A stretch of DNA of 64,000 nt from positions 8,618,001 to 8,682,000 of the forward strand of contig CM120646.1 of NCBI GenBank assembly GCA_051362555.1, in the 5' to 3' direction. This DNA is from Lingula anatina. Its lineage: Eukaryota > Animalia > Brachiopoda. Made by a program: the position numbers and the translations under genes. This document shows positions 51,909 through 64,000 of this stretch, piece by piece. How positions within the stretch are numbered: the first letter of the stretch is position 1; each line of letters opens with the position of its first letter. The notes below the pieces were generated by a model. The model saw only the letters and a program-made list of their open reading frames with translations. It searched no databases and had not been told where the DNA came from.

Positions 51909-54900
51909 CTAAGAATCTCCAGCCACTAAAACACCACTACTTTTTGCTTCAGTCTTTTCTGAAGGTTTCTGCTCATCTTCTCCTCGTACATGAAGATTAT
52001 ATTTACTGCGGTACTCGTTTATTTCTTTCCCCTTCACTTCTAACTGATGTGTTAAGGTTTCTATCAGTTTGGCAATCTGAAAAATGAAAAATAACAGCGA
52101 ACTATCTCAAACATTATAGTCATATTTTTCAGATGCTAGCCATTATAAAAATTTTCATTTAATACCACTTTACATGATTTATATATATATATTTGACAAA
52201 ATAGTATTTATGATAAACATATCACATTCAATACAAAAATGCATGTCCAAACACCGTGTCAGAATTGTCCTGAATGACAGCCTTCCAGACTGATGCAGAC
52301 ATGCCAAAAACCTCCCAGACTTGGGGGGCCTGTTGAAATTGACCCCAAATATTTTATGACACATAATTAGCTAATCAATATGGCACTGGAGCCACATAAA
52401 AGGCTTTCATTCACCCAAAACTTATTTGGTTAAATACTGTATCAAAACTTGTAAAAAGAAGTAAATTATAAATAAAAAACAAAAAATAAATAAGAAGCAA
52501 AATTGATAGCTGAAAAAATATGTGTGCATAAGAGGAGTGAGTTTGAAATAACTGCTGGTAAATTCCCTGTTGAGCTGGTAGCCATCTAAGTTCTGCCATG
52601 ACAGAGGCAATATCATTAAGCATTGAGAGAATTTTCAAACAGAAAGCCTTAAGTTAGTTGATTTTATTTTATAGTACGTAAATTTTTGAGGAAAAGGAGG
52701 AAATAGAACTAATAAAACTACTAGTAATAGTATCTGACAAAGATAATCACAGCCTTTGATCCTGCACTAAGTGTTTACCTGTTCTTTATTAGCTGTCAGT
52801 GCTGGAAGAACATCCTGGACAGTTCTCTCCACCAACACTCCCCCCACCATGCGAAAACACCTCCTCTCTGGGGCCACGTCCTTCAGAGCTTCAACCACAA
52901 GCCTGGAAAATACAGCATATAGTAATCAATATCAACTCCTATAAAGTACATATGAATGAATTTATAAATACATCAAAATATAGCAATCAATTCTTTGGTA
53001 TTTCTAAAATCTCCTTGTTCAGATTGATTTTTTTATCAGTTTTTGATGAACCAACAATTATAAGAAGTTTATTCAAGTCAGAGCAATGAAAAGGTTGAAG
53101 TAATATGAAAGCAGTTAGTGAGGATAAACACTGAAATACATAAAATAAGATTCATTTTTTAAGCAATAAATAAAAATTTTCTCAAATAAGAGGAAAACCA
53201 TGTTGTCAACAGACTTGTTTTTAAATTTGGCATTATGTAGTGTTTATTCTTTAAATTTTTTGGAATTTGGTGATTAAATGATAGTCGAGTGATAGTCGAG
53301 TTTATCTTTCTGAGACTCATTCTTTATTTTCTCAAAGAAAGATTATACACAAGGCATATGGTAAGCCTGGAAAGATAATCCATAAGGTACACTGTACACA
53401 TCTGAAAATTTTGTAATATATTCTATGTCAAAATATCCTGTAAAACTCTTAATCTTTCCCAATTTTGACTTCTCTGTGGTTAGTTCAGGGTGCTGAACTG
53501 GACAAACATACTCAACAACAGAACCAATTCATCTTGGGTACACCTGTACAAGATCTAATGAAGCCTGGACGCTTAAGCTGGTGCAACTTGTGTGCATTGC
53601 TTTCCAAATGTATTCAAAATATATGTCAATAATAATAAAGATACCCATTTTCAAACCTTTTTATTGTAAAATATTATTGTCCATATTGTTTTAAACGGTA
53701 TTTAAAACTGTTAAAAGTACATATGAACGGAGCATAGTTGGAGTGTGGATTCCCAGTAACACATATTCACCTCTACTAGTTTCTTATACAGCTCAAATAA
53801 ATTCAGCATGCCAAAAGATAAACTGAATAAATCACTCAATCAGCCATAAAAGAGCTCTAGACTGCTCCTTTCTTAAAATTTTTGGTCAGAAATTTAACCT
53901 GCTTTCGTGAACTACTTTTCTGTCCCACTAATATACAGCATAGAATGCTGGCAGAAAAATCCGTTCAAATATCATTTTTCGGGTAAAATTAAAAAGTGCC
54001 TTTTGGTAATTCTCTTAGTTATACTACTTGAAATTATATGCTGGCATTTGGTAGGCTTTTGTGACAAAAATTTACTTCATATGCATCTTTAAAAGAGAAA
54101 AGGCAACTTTACAGAATGCCCATTCAACATGGTGCCATGCACATGCTTCTAGCAACCACAAAATTATGACTTTCACATACAGTAGCTAATTATAAGGCTG
54201 GAGTTGGTTTGCTGTAAAGTAAACACTGTAATTATAAAAACAGCTAATATCAGACATGAGCCTAGATTAAAAAAAAAAAGGGGGGGGGGGGGGGGGGGGG
54301 ACTCAACACCTAACCTTGACGAATCTCAAGAACCATCAGAATTAAAATACACAGAATTCTGCTTTTCTGCAGAAAAAACTCATGTCTGTCATATTTTACT
54401 GCTGAGAATAATAATAATAATAATTTTTAAAAACCACACTATTAATTTAAAAATGATTAATGCTGGTTTTAAAATTAATAGTCTAAACAATAAAACTCTT
54501 TCTGATAAAATGAGAAAATATATAATTTCAAGTATTAAATTTAAATTGAAGTACCGTTCAAATAAGAATGCTTTCAAGTCTTTTTTAAAAACCTCAATAC
54601 TATCAATAGCCCGAATGTGTAAGGGTAGTTCATTCCATAAAATTGCTGCTGCAATTGAAGATGCCCTGTGGCCATAGGTTTTAGTTGTTTTTCTGTTGTC
54701 ATTTCTGGTAAAGCAAAGAGTGGAGGAGGATTTGGTGGACCTGGTGAGATTGGCTGAACTTGGATGTAGCACAGAGTTAAAAAATGAAGGGCATTTGCCT
54801 CTCGACTGGTGAATTTAAAAACAAACAGCTGCAGTAATTTAAAAACAATTCTCTGTCATATGGGAAGCCAATATAGTTCAAATATATTAGGTGAAATGTT

Positions 54901-57247
54901 TGATCTAATAATCAATACAAAATCCACAGAAAATAACTGTAGAATACTAGTTTACCAAAACCCAAAATCAGTTTTAAATTTAAACAAAATTCATTAAATA
55001 GACAAGTCCTATACCCCCAAAAAACAATGAAAGCCAAGTTTGATGTTGCTCAGAGTTGGTATGAAACTACCCTCTACCAGGGTCACAGACTTGATTTTTT
55101 TCTACATGCACACAGGCATGCCTCTGGCAAGCCAAACCATGACAATTTTTCTACAGTGCTATTTGGTACAGAATCAATGTCATCATCCAGTCAGTCTTCA
55201 GTACAGAAAATAAAATGGGCTTGAATAAAAAGGAGCCATGCTACTCCTGTTACCTCATTAAAACGGGCTCTGGCGTTTGTCTACACTTGTTATTGTTTCC
55301 AAGATTGTATTGATATATGTTGAGCTGATATATAACTGATTTTAGAGCAATGTATCAGCTGATTCATGTGTGGTGCCATTTTCCAACGAAAGCCGATATT
55401 GAGAGTAAAGAAATTATCAATTAACATCCCCAAATTCGAGCAGCCAATAGCTGGTTAAATGAACATATATTTACAGTTCATTTAAGTGTTGATGTCAACT
55501 TTGATAAAAGGATATTCAAAGCACCCTGGGTGCATTTTTGTGTGTCACAAATGTATGTGTTTTGCCATATTGCAACGAGAACCGATATGGAGGGTAAAAA
55601 AATATTAATTAGCATCCCTAAATTCGAGAAGACGTTAGCCGGTAAAATGAACATATATATAAATACAGTTCACAAAAGTGTTGATGTAAACTTTGATAAA
55701 GGAATATTAAAAGGCATTACAGGTGCGTTTTTGTGTGTCACAAATGCATGTGGTGCCATATTGCAACAAGAGCCAATATAGAGAGTAAAATAATTAAATT
55801 ATCATCCAAAAAATCGCGCATATTTTAGCAAGTAGCACGATATATACATTTATATATAAAGTATACAGCGGTGTTGATGTCATCTTTATTTAAAGGGTGC
55901 ATAAAAAATACCAGCCTAAAAGAAATGTCAGCGAGCCTAAGAAATCAGAGAGAAATTGCATCATTTTAATTCAAGACACAATTGAAGGTTTCATTATTGC
56001 TGCATCTCAGCCTAATTCCTCACATATAGAGAAAATTTTGACACTAGAAATATTTTCCAATCGGATCATAGCCAAAAACAAGTATACTACACTACAATTG
56101 TACAATTTTGAATGCTCATTTTATGGCAACAAACAAGATTGCCTTTACCACATAGGGCATTTTAAATTCCTCCATGAACAAACATATCAAATTCTCACAT
56201 AGCTTCCAAACTGATAGAACAAATTGTACTGATACTTAATCTCTATAAGTTTATTGTCTCATCCATCGAAGGATTGACTCACGTTATCGGGAACTACCTG
56301 CCCAAATGACACAAAAAGTCATCGACAACTGCCATATGCTCAGTACCTGTAAGGAAGGTCATGTGATCTGAACGCACATGGTTTCGCGAAGAGCTCGCGT
56401 TAAGCCGATTATCCGTTGATCTTTCCCCGCATTTTATGTCCTTCTCTTATTATGTCCAAGACTGTACCAAATGGGACCGTTCGCCTTCCAAAATACTAAA
56501 AGTTTTCAGGGCCCTTCACCAAGCCTGATCCCATGCAAAGGGGGAGGGAGGAGAGGTTGGCTACACATCCAGGGACCCCCCCCCCTTCAAATAATCATGG
56601 ATCCGCCTCTGGGGAGTCTTGACCCCCCTTTGATTTCTGAAATAAAATTACACCAATGGTCTCTTCTTGAAATTAGAATTTTGACTAGCTGGATCATGGT
56701 TTTAAACGGCACCAAATGGCATTGTTTGCCCTCTTAAATACCGAAATGAGGGGGGAGGGTCAGCTTTGCATCTATTGATCTCCCCCCTTCAAATAATTCT
56801 GGGTATGCCCCTGTATATGCTCCTGGCGATGCCACTATGTATATTATTTTATTCCAATGCATTATAAACACTATATGATTAAACTATACAGAAAGAAAAA
56901 ATATTTTCAAGATTAAGAAATTTTAAACCAGAATTCATACAAAGCTATGTCTATGGGATGATAGTGCTGGAGGATTCATGCATTTATGTTTTAATATTAG
57001 TATAGCCTAATATTAGTAATATTAGTGTAGCCTGCGTAGACGTAGTGGGAGAGAAGAGCCTCGTGTTGTTCGCTTTGTATCAAAAAGTTACTCACTCGTG
57101 TTCCTTCCGTTCCATGTCTAACTCCGACAACTTAGAAGCTACTGCTCTCTGTTGTTGCCGCAATTCATTGAAGCCGGCTATTATCTGTTCGTGTGAAAGT
57201 GCTTTTCCTTTAGGTGCCTGCTTCGTACTTGATTTCTCTGTCGCCAT
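51909..57247 (-). CDS. PFDN2: Prefoldin subunit 2, 3 exons, 147 aa
   Basis: Exons 57247-57096 (MATEK...EQIIAGFNELRQQQRAVASKLSELDMERKEH), 52902-52779 (LVVEALKDV...RCFRMVGGVLVERTVQDVLPAL..NKEQ), 52076-51909 (IAKLIETL...KGKEINEYR...SSGVLV). Canonical splice sites with matching phases. Confidence 0.96.
54545..54880 (-). mobile_element. L2/CR1-type LINE 3' fragment
   Basis: TKTYGHRASSIAAAILWNELPLHIRAIDSIEVFKKDLKAFLF matches the L2 C-terminal G.RAFS.AAP.LWN.LP...R....FK..LK..LF motif. Confidence 0.75.
55365..55908. repeat. About three degenerate ~190-bp tandem units, possibly a second HINE-like family
   Basis: TGCCAT.TT.CAAC...CCGATAT.GAG.GTAAA...GTGTTGATGT recurs near 55376, 55563 and 55754. Confidence 0.55.
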
Positions 57248-57393
57248 GATGCTGCCTCGTTTCAAAGTTAGTCTCGTTTCCGACTCAAGTAAATGGCGGA
57301 AGTTTCGATCCCTGAAGCTTACTCAGTAAAGCTAACTGAAGCAATGACTGCATACAGACTGGATTTGGAGATATTTTGAAAGAGTTATCTAAA
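57248..57393. promoter_or_regulatory. Compact bidirectional promoter / 5' UTR region shared by PFDN2 and the PROSER3-like gene
   Basis: Divergent ATGs are 146 bp apart. Contains AAATGGCGGAAGT, an overlapping YY1-like and ETS-like motif, at about 57291-57303. Confidence 0.6.
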
Positions 57394-60300
57394 ATGGATT
57401 CAGTATGGTTAACGGTAAAAGCTAAAAGGTGATAAGTGATTTTTCCATTTATATCTGTGAAATTATGAAAAATAGCAGCAGACTGGACTTCGTATCTGCG
57501 CTCTGCAATTCAAGACCAAGTAAAGTCAATCAGCAAGTCAGATGAAGAGTCAATCATAGGCTTCATTTTAAAATTCAAACTAAGGCATTTTATAATTAAA
57601 TGTTAATTTTCTTTGCAATTCCTATCGATGTTTGATAAACGTATATTTAGACAGCGGGTACTAGTTTTGCACTATCCCATTTACTAGTTTATCAAAAGAT
57701 ATTCATGTATCATTTTATGTGTTTGCAAATTGCACTAAAATAATTTTTTTTTAAAAAATGAACCAAACGATGTCTAAAATGATTTTCAACCATACCTGTA
57801 AGGAGCACAGACAATAATAGGTGGTGCTAGTTATTTGTTTAATGCCATAAAAAGAAAAAGAGCTCCCATAATTTTAGATTCTACCTGTTTTTATATTATG
57901 TGCTGCTTCACAACAACTGATTAAGGAACTGTACATGTGTTAAAACGTGACTAAGAACAACTTCTACTACCACATCGACACATTTACCTTACTCTTGACT
58001 CTGTGGGTTTTTTTAGGAGTGTGTGACTTGAGCAGATGAAAGTGAAGATAAATATTTGAGAGCCCTCGCGGTCATTTTACTATTATACTTTTTGAGGCCT
58101 TTGCTTTGATGCATAAGCTCAGTGCATGTATCAAATATAGTCAAAAGAAGTGCTAACACATGCCTTTCATGCTAGCATGGACTTTATCCTTTCTTACTTT
58201 TTGAAGAAACACTTGACTGCTTGGCTGGGTTTTCTAATGAATGCATCACATCTCCTGCACTTAGACATCTTGCACTGGTGCTATTACTCCACAGTGAACA
58301 CTGAGGTCAGCATTGGAACGCTAAAGCCTTACTGCTCCCTAGACTTTTGTACATTCTGGCCGATCCTAATAGAGAGAGAGAGAGCACATGCATGTGCAAA
58401 GAGATAGCTTAGTGAGATTGGTTAGATTAAGAGAGGATGACTTAATAAAGGGCACGGTTTGATCTCTTATTTCTGTTTTCAAATTTAATTACTGAAAGCA
58501 TGTATGTAGTAAAACATATCCTCATGGGAGTTGTTTCTTTACAGTGATGACTTGTTCTCAGATCCTCCATTACCCAGAGCTTATTATTACCCCACAAGAG
58601 ACAAACAGTTTAGCAAGGAAGAGAAACAGGTACTGGAGAGAATGAGGTAGAAAGAAATGGAACTACGAGTGTTTTTACTGATAAATGTATTTTCTCTGTA
58701 TATGATTGGGTTATATGTATAAACATGATCATTTGAATTTAATGATTTTATCTGTGTATTTATTTATTTAGTTATTTTGCATTTGTTGAACAGAGATCAA
58801 TCTTCATGTCATGGGCTTAGAGTAAGTGGTGAATGCACAGCAGAAATCTGGCACATCAAATGCACCATTTTTTAAAAATGAGAGTGACTCACTGCAGTCA
58901 AGTGATTATGTAGGAATTGCATTCAGACTTGAAATTCTTTAAACAAACATCCTGTGGGCTGGAAAGCTAAGCTAAACCCTTAGATTATGCCTGTGTCCTC
59001 TAATGTCAAAATATATATTTGAACTCTAAGTGTTAAAAAATTAAAATACTAATACTTGTGTGATATATTTCAGCAGTCGGTGTTAAGTCCCCAGAAGCAG
59101 CCAACAAGTGAGCACCCCATGAGCCCCTCTGGCTGGCAGTTCCTGGAGGATTGTGATAAGTTCTCTATGAACACCCCACCTACATGGGAGACATCTGGCA
59201 AACATGACAGTTCAGTTAAGTTTGATGAGAGCTGGCCCTCTAGTGAGAGACCATCTACTGTCAGGTAAGTAAGAGTGCGAGAGAAGATAGCAGATGATCA
59301 AAATAAGTGTAAGTCCAATAGAAGTGAAATGTTCACAGTATTAACTTGGAAAATAAGGCATTGATACATTAAATGGCTGTTGGTTATAATGAATTAGGGG
59401 TAATGTAATTTTGGCAGTGCATTTTAAAATTGCATGTAAAAACAAAATCTCAGCTGAGATTTAACTGTTGAAAAATATTTTAACATTTAACATGAAACTG
59501 AATGAAACATTTGATTGTTTTTCATTTTCTGGAAAAAAATTAACCTTGGGGTACATGTACCTGTGAGAGTTTAGTGTGAAAAAAGCACAAGTAGCTGTGT
59601 AGAGTTTGCTCTTAAGATATAACCTGTACAGCTCTGTGTTTTTAAAGACTATATTTTTCTGAATGTTGCTAAATCTGAGTATATCTTATTGTGAATTTCT
59701 TTTGTCTTTACATGGGATTATTTGAACAGCTTGCATTGGTTTCTTCACTTGAGTACATACAATAAGCAGTCTCTCAAGTTTTCTTGAACCCTTAAGTCCT
59801 ATTGTGCGTTCACTGAGATTTGTGATATTGTATTATATTATTAATTAATTATACCATTTCATTTCTAGTATTCCAGAGTACATCAGCCCAGTATCAGAAA
59901 CCTCAACTCCTTCATTAAGACCAACAGTACTAGTAGGTGGTAGGCAGTCAGCAGAACCCACACAGCCAAGAACAACCTTGCAGAGGTAACCTTTTATGAA
60001 CATTGGCAATGATTGATTGTAATTTGTGTTGCCATATATGATAATTAGAGATGTGTTTTATACTGATGTTTTTTAATGAATTTTTTTTTTGTTAATTTAT
60101 TTGTTATAACAGTGAGTAGATAAAATGATATCCAATTCAAATTTAAATATGTTAATACTTTTCAAAAACATCTTTGCCTAGCATGATTTTCAGTTCTCAT
60201 GATTAGAAAAATGTTTAAATTGCTATTTTCTATCTGTAATGTATTTGACCTTTTCCTGTCATAGATACATTGATCGTTTTCGTCATGGCAAACCTCTCAG

Positions 60301-62435
60301 CAAAGAGGAAAGAAAGAGTAAAAAACTAACAGACCCTAATGACTTCTGGTGGCTGTCTTCTTCTGCACTAACCCCAGACCCAAGCAGTAGCTCCACCCCC
60401 AGAGATTCTGGTGAACCCCTGGGAGGAAATAAAACAGTGAGGCAACGCCCGGTTTCACCAGTAAAAAGAGAAGGTTCAAGGCCATGGTCAGGCACTAGCA
60501 GACCATATGTAGCAGAAAAGTTGTCTTCATCTGTGGTATGTATGACAGTTGTTTTGGTGTTTGTGAGGAAAATTTAGAAACCTTACAATTATAGTGATAA
60601 ATTACAAGAAGGGAAAACAGGAAACAGAGGTTTATTTTTAAGATAATGAAAATATTTTAATTAGAATTTCAGGCGAAAAGTTTGATTGGTTTCCCTTTTC
60701 ACACACACAGCAAAGTGAATCCCAAGCTGAAAATTCAGCTGCCACTTCCTGTTTGAACAATCACACATGCCCTGTACAGAAAATTTGTGCGTACAAGAAA
60801 TGGTGCCACTTATTTGACTGTCCATACTGTTATTTTTTTGTCTGATTTTATTTGAAACATAATTTTCCTTTTGTGTAGCGTGAACAGGGAATTAGAAAAA
60901 AAAAGTTATGATCTTAATACAGTTTCATATACCAAAAGTTGTAGATGTCTCTCAAGGGTATTGTAAGCCTTTATTATCATTCAGATACAGAAAATGAGGT
61001 TTCTCCTGCGTCTAATTATTCAATAATGCATCTGTCTTTGTGTTGATTTTAAAAAACAATAAAAATATTCTCGAAAATATAAAATATCAACATTTATATT
61101 TCTTGTTGCAAAGTATAATCATAGGCAATTCAATGCTTTTTTATCGTCAATTTAACACCTTTCATATCTAAAGTGAGAGAGAAATTGATATGGGGCATAA
61201 CTTCATCCCTGAAAAAGATTTTATCACGGAAATTGGCAATGGACTACAATCTCGTGCTATCATTTTGGCTTTAATGCTTTTGTTATGGAGTTACGTGCTC
61301 CTGATTACAGATTTTCATTAAACAAAGGGATCATTTTGCTTTATCATTGATAAAATCTGAACTAACGCACTAGTAAGGCTTTTAAGAAAAATCGCTGGCA
61401 GGGTTCGACAGTACCAAATGTTGTCATTAAGCCGGCATGAAAATGTGTTTTTGGGTGCTAAGGTAAAGGAGAAATTATAGAAAGCATTTTTTAAAACTTT
61501 TATCTCAAAATTGCAAGAATGACATCACTCATAAGATGATGTGTGTCAATGTTAATTTTAATTAAAATTAAGTCACTGAACACTGAAGATTTATCTGTTA
61601 TCCAAAAGAATGAAAGGCAGTAAATAATCAGTTTCTGCCAAAGGCTGATAATATCCTTAAAGTTTACTTAGGGCGTATTCCCAGAGCTTTTAGATCGATC
61701 TATCCCCACAGGGAGTCTCACTAGATTACTGTCAGATAATCCAGCTTAAATGTCCATCCCGCCTACTACAAGCTGTAAGGGGGTAATTAACTTTCGTGCC
61801 AGCTTGGCTGACAGCTATTTAGGAGTTAGGTCGATCTAAAGTAGATCGATCTAATCTCTGGGAATGGGGTCTTAGTCCTTTTACTTGTTCTTGGCTAAAG
61901 CAAACAAAGAAATGTGCTTTGTTCTTAGTGCTGGTAGGTCAGTGGGTAAGCATGCAGATATCAATAGCTTGGCTCAGCATTAATAAATCATTTTTACTGT
62001 AGCTAGGTAGCCAAAACATTTCTGACGAAACATTATCTGTTATCCAAAAGAATGAAAGGCAGTAAATAATCAGTTTCTGGCAAAGGCTTGGTATAATGAA
62101 CATTTCTAGATGGTATAGTGAGCAGTGAAATATAACAGAGCTGTGGTGTTTTAGATACTATGAATTTCTACAAAATATCATTTAATTTAACTAATAGTCC
62201 TAGCAAAAGTTGCAGTGTTTTTTGTTTTTTTTTTTATGTCATACTCTGCAATTTATGTTCTGTCTGGATTGTTTTATGAATAATAAAATTATGGGACATA
62301 GTTTGCAACATAATTGTTGTGATGTAAGTACTGGTAAATGTGATTTCAGAACACATCGAGGCCACAGTGGTTCCAGGAAGAGGAAGAGTCCATTAAAATG
62401 CTGCAAGAAAAAACTGACCGGTTATTGGAAAGGAG
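57394..62435 (+). CDS. PROSER3: Proline- and serine-rich protein 3 (C19orf55)-like, 5' part; no stop found in the window
   Basis: Exons 57394-57428, 58545-58629 (LFSDPPLPRAYYYP), 59074-59264 (FDESWPSS), 59869-59985, 60265-60535 (YIDRFRHGKPLSKEER...DFWWL), 62350-62435 (LQEKTDRLLERS). Phases are consistent and the motifs follow the order I recall for PROSER3 (SPFGDAP/HYWP, FEESWPSS, YINRFR..PTSREER, DFWWL, LQSRAARLLKRS). Confidence 0.8.
61671..61871. mobile_element. PIF/Harbinger-like MITE, family 1
   Basis: TTA/TTA TSD; same interior as 46070-46294. Confidence 0.7.
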
Positions 62436-63626
62436 GTAAGAGGAAGCAAGTGGGTGTTGCCTGGAATAGGATAACAATAGTGGCAATGTTGATGTAGAGT
62501 GGGTGCTGCAGTACACTTTAGATAAACATTTTAGGGATGTTATTGTCTATAAGGTCTGAATTAGGAAATGTAAGAAGCTTTTCAGGTTAAAAATACAACT
62601 ATGGGGAATATTCAAAAGCGTGCAAAGTGCTTCCCAGACCCCAAGGGGATTCTTCCTTAATTGCAATCAACTTAAGGGGTATAGATGTCACTCCTGTTAA
62701 AGCTGCTAGGGGGTAATTAATTATCGTTTAGCAGCTTTAATAGGTGTGCCGGACATCTAAGCCGCTTAAGCTGAAAGCAATTTAGCAAGAAACCCCTCTG
62801 AAATAGATCGATCCTGTTAGAGCGATCTAGGTATGAGAACCCAGTCTTTGTCTTTAAGTGGCGATTCTTGACAAAAAGAAAAAGACTGTGATGTGAATCT
62901 GGATATGTTTCTTGTCTCTTTTTCTTGCCATTTTAGGGAGTGAGGAATACATGATCTAATGGCAGCTCACTTCAAAAACTAAAGACAAAAAGGCAGCCTC
63001 TCAGCACTGTTACCAATTTTTTTATGCAAGTGAATTACATCAGTTATCTCCATGTAGTACATGTAAATGAGCAGGGTTATAGCAGCATTTAATGCTATGT
63101 TTAACACTCACTGACTTCAACATTGACAGGCACACCTGTGTGTCAGGTTGTCAGATCTGTTTGGATGGGCCAAACCAAACCACACTTGAAGCTTGTAGAA
63201 ATTAGTTGTAATAGAAACATTACATCCTATGCACTGTTTAATTGTAATGAGGGTAGTGATAGCCCTTCCTAAACAGGGGCCTTTTGCACTTCTGTTAATA
63301 AAAAGCAGGTCTATATTTAGTGTTATCATATTTAGAGTGCAGACTTCACTTCACAGATTCTTTGAATTCATTGTCATCATTACTTTGACAACTTGACTTT
63401 TAAAGAAATATATACATTTGTTGTTTACTATTCAATGATAAAAATGAGTTCTAAAATATAACAAATAGTTTAAAAACTTGACATCACAGGTTCACAGAAT
63501 TCATGCATTTGCATAGACTTCTTATGAATCATGATTGACCCTGAAGTCTTGTGCTTTGGTTGCAACATGGCTGCATTGTGTTTCACTATAATAACTGATA
63601 CATAATTTTAGTAGACTTGCTTAAGT

Positions 63627-64000
63627 TCACAGATTAGATGTCACAGTTCCATCAAACTCCATATTAGCGTGGAATATTGGCTCGGAATCTTTGTGGACCT
63701 GAAAGTGCAGCACCCTGGGTTTTCCCTGCCACACATAACACTTGAGCTTGTCTCCAGTTGAAGTCTCTCTGGTATACAGGGTGTCAATGACCTTCACCTT
63801 GTGATCATTGTCAATATAGTTTGGTGGCAGAAGATTGGACGTGGCAGCCAAGTATTTAGTATTGCTGCAGTATTTGATATAAACAGCCTGATTTGTATGT
63901 CCATTTTCATCAGTATCACTAGGTCTTACAGTTAAATCATGACAAAATGCCTCAGCTGGAATACTTTTCAATGGCTTCAGGGTAGTTGGGTGGGGAACTT
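63627..64000 (-). CDS. Hot-dog-fold thioesterase-like protein (acyl-ACP thioesterase/4HBT type), C-terminal part
   Basis: VRPSDTDENGHTNQAVYIKYC matches the R.SD.D.N.H.N...Y motif, followed by Y..E...GD.L. The frame is open from the window edge to the stop at 63627. Confidence 0.75.
   Translation of the reverse strand, partial: VPHPTTLKPLKSIPAEAFCHDLTVRPSDTDENGHTNQAVYIKYCSNTKYLAATSNLLPPNYIDNDHKVKVIDTLYTRETSTGDKLKCYVWQGKPRVLHFQVHKDSEPIFHANMEFDGTVTSNL

Overview
AT-rich animal genomic DNA with GT-AG introns, probably from a marine invertebrate; the repeat types suggest a mollusc or other lophotrochozoan, but that is inference. Most ORF-track entries are noise. Five genes can be reconstructed by hand: (1) a class II POU (Oct-1/nubbin-type) transcription factor on +, about 11.9/13.2-34.4 kb; (2) an 8-exon FBXO31 orthologue on +, 41122-50903, with one in-frame TGA in exon 4; (3) prefoldin subunit 2 on -, 51909-57247; (4) a PROSER3-like gene on +, head-to-head with PFDN2 and incomplete within the window; (5) a hot-dog-fold thioesterase-like ORF on -, probably nested in a PROSER3 intron. 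The strongest observation is two tandem paralogous exons (31221-31293 and 31914-31989) that each encode helix 1 of the POU-specific domain. Both are phase 0->1, so using both would shift the frame; they look like mutually exclusive exons that keep the fold and DNA-contact residue but swap the cofactor/dimerisation surface. The same gene has three tandem duplications at splice junctions, one of them a 50-bp minisatellite whose unit reads AG|30-nt exon ending in TAG|GTATGT. Introns contain many nested mobile elements: Helentron/DINE-like, Kolobok-like, hAT, PIF MITEs, a foldback, an RT-deleted Rex1-like LINE and a Penelope fragment with hammerhead ribozyme motifs. All family assignments come from recognised motifs, not from database searches.
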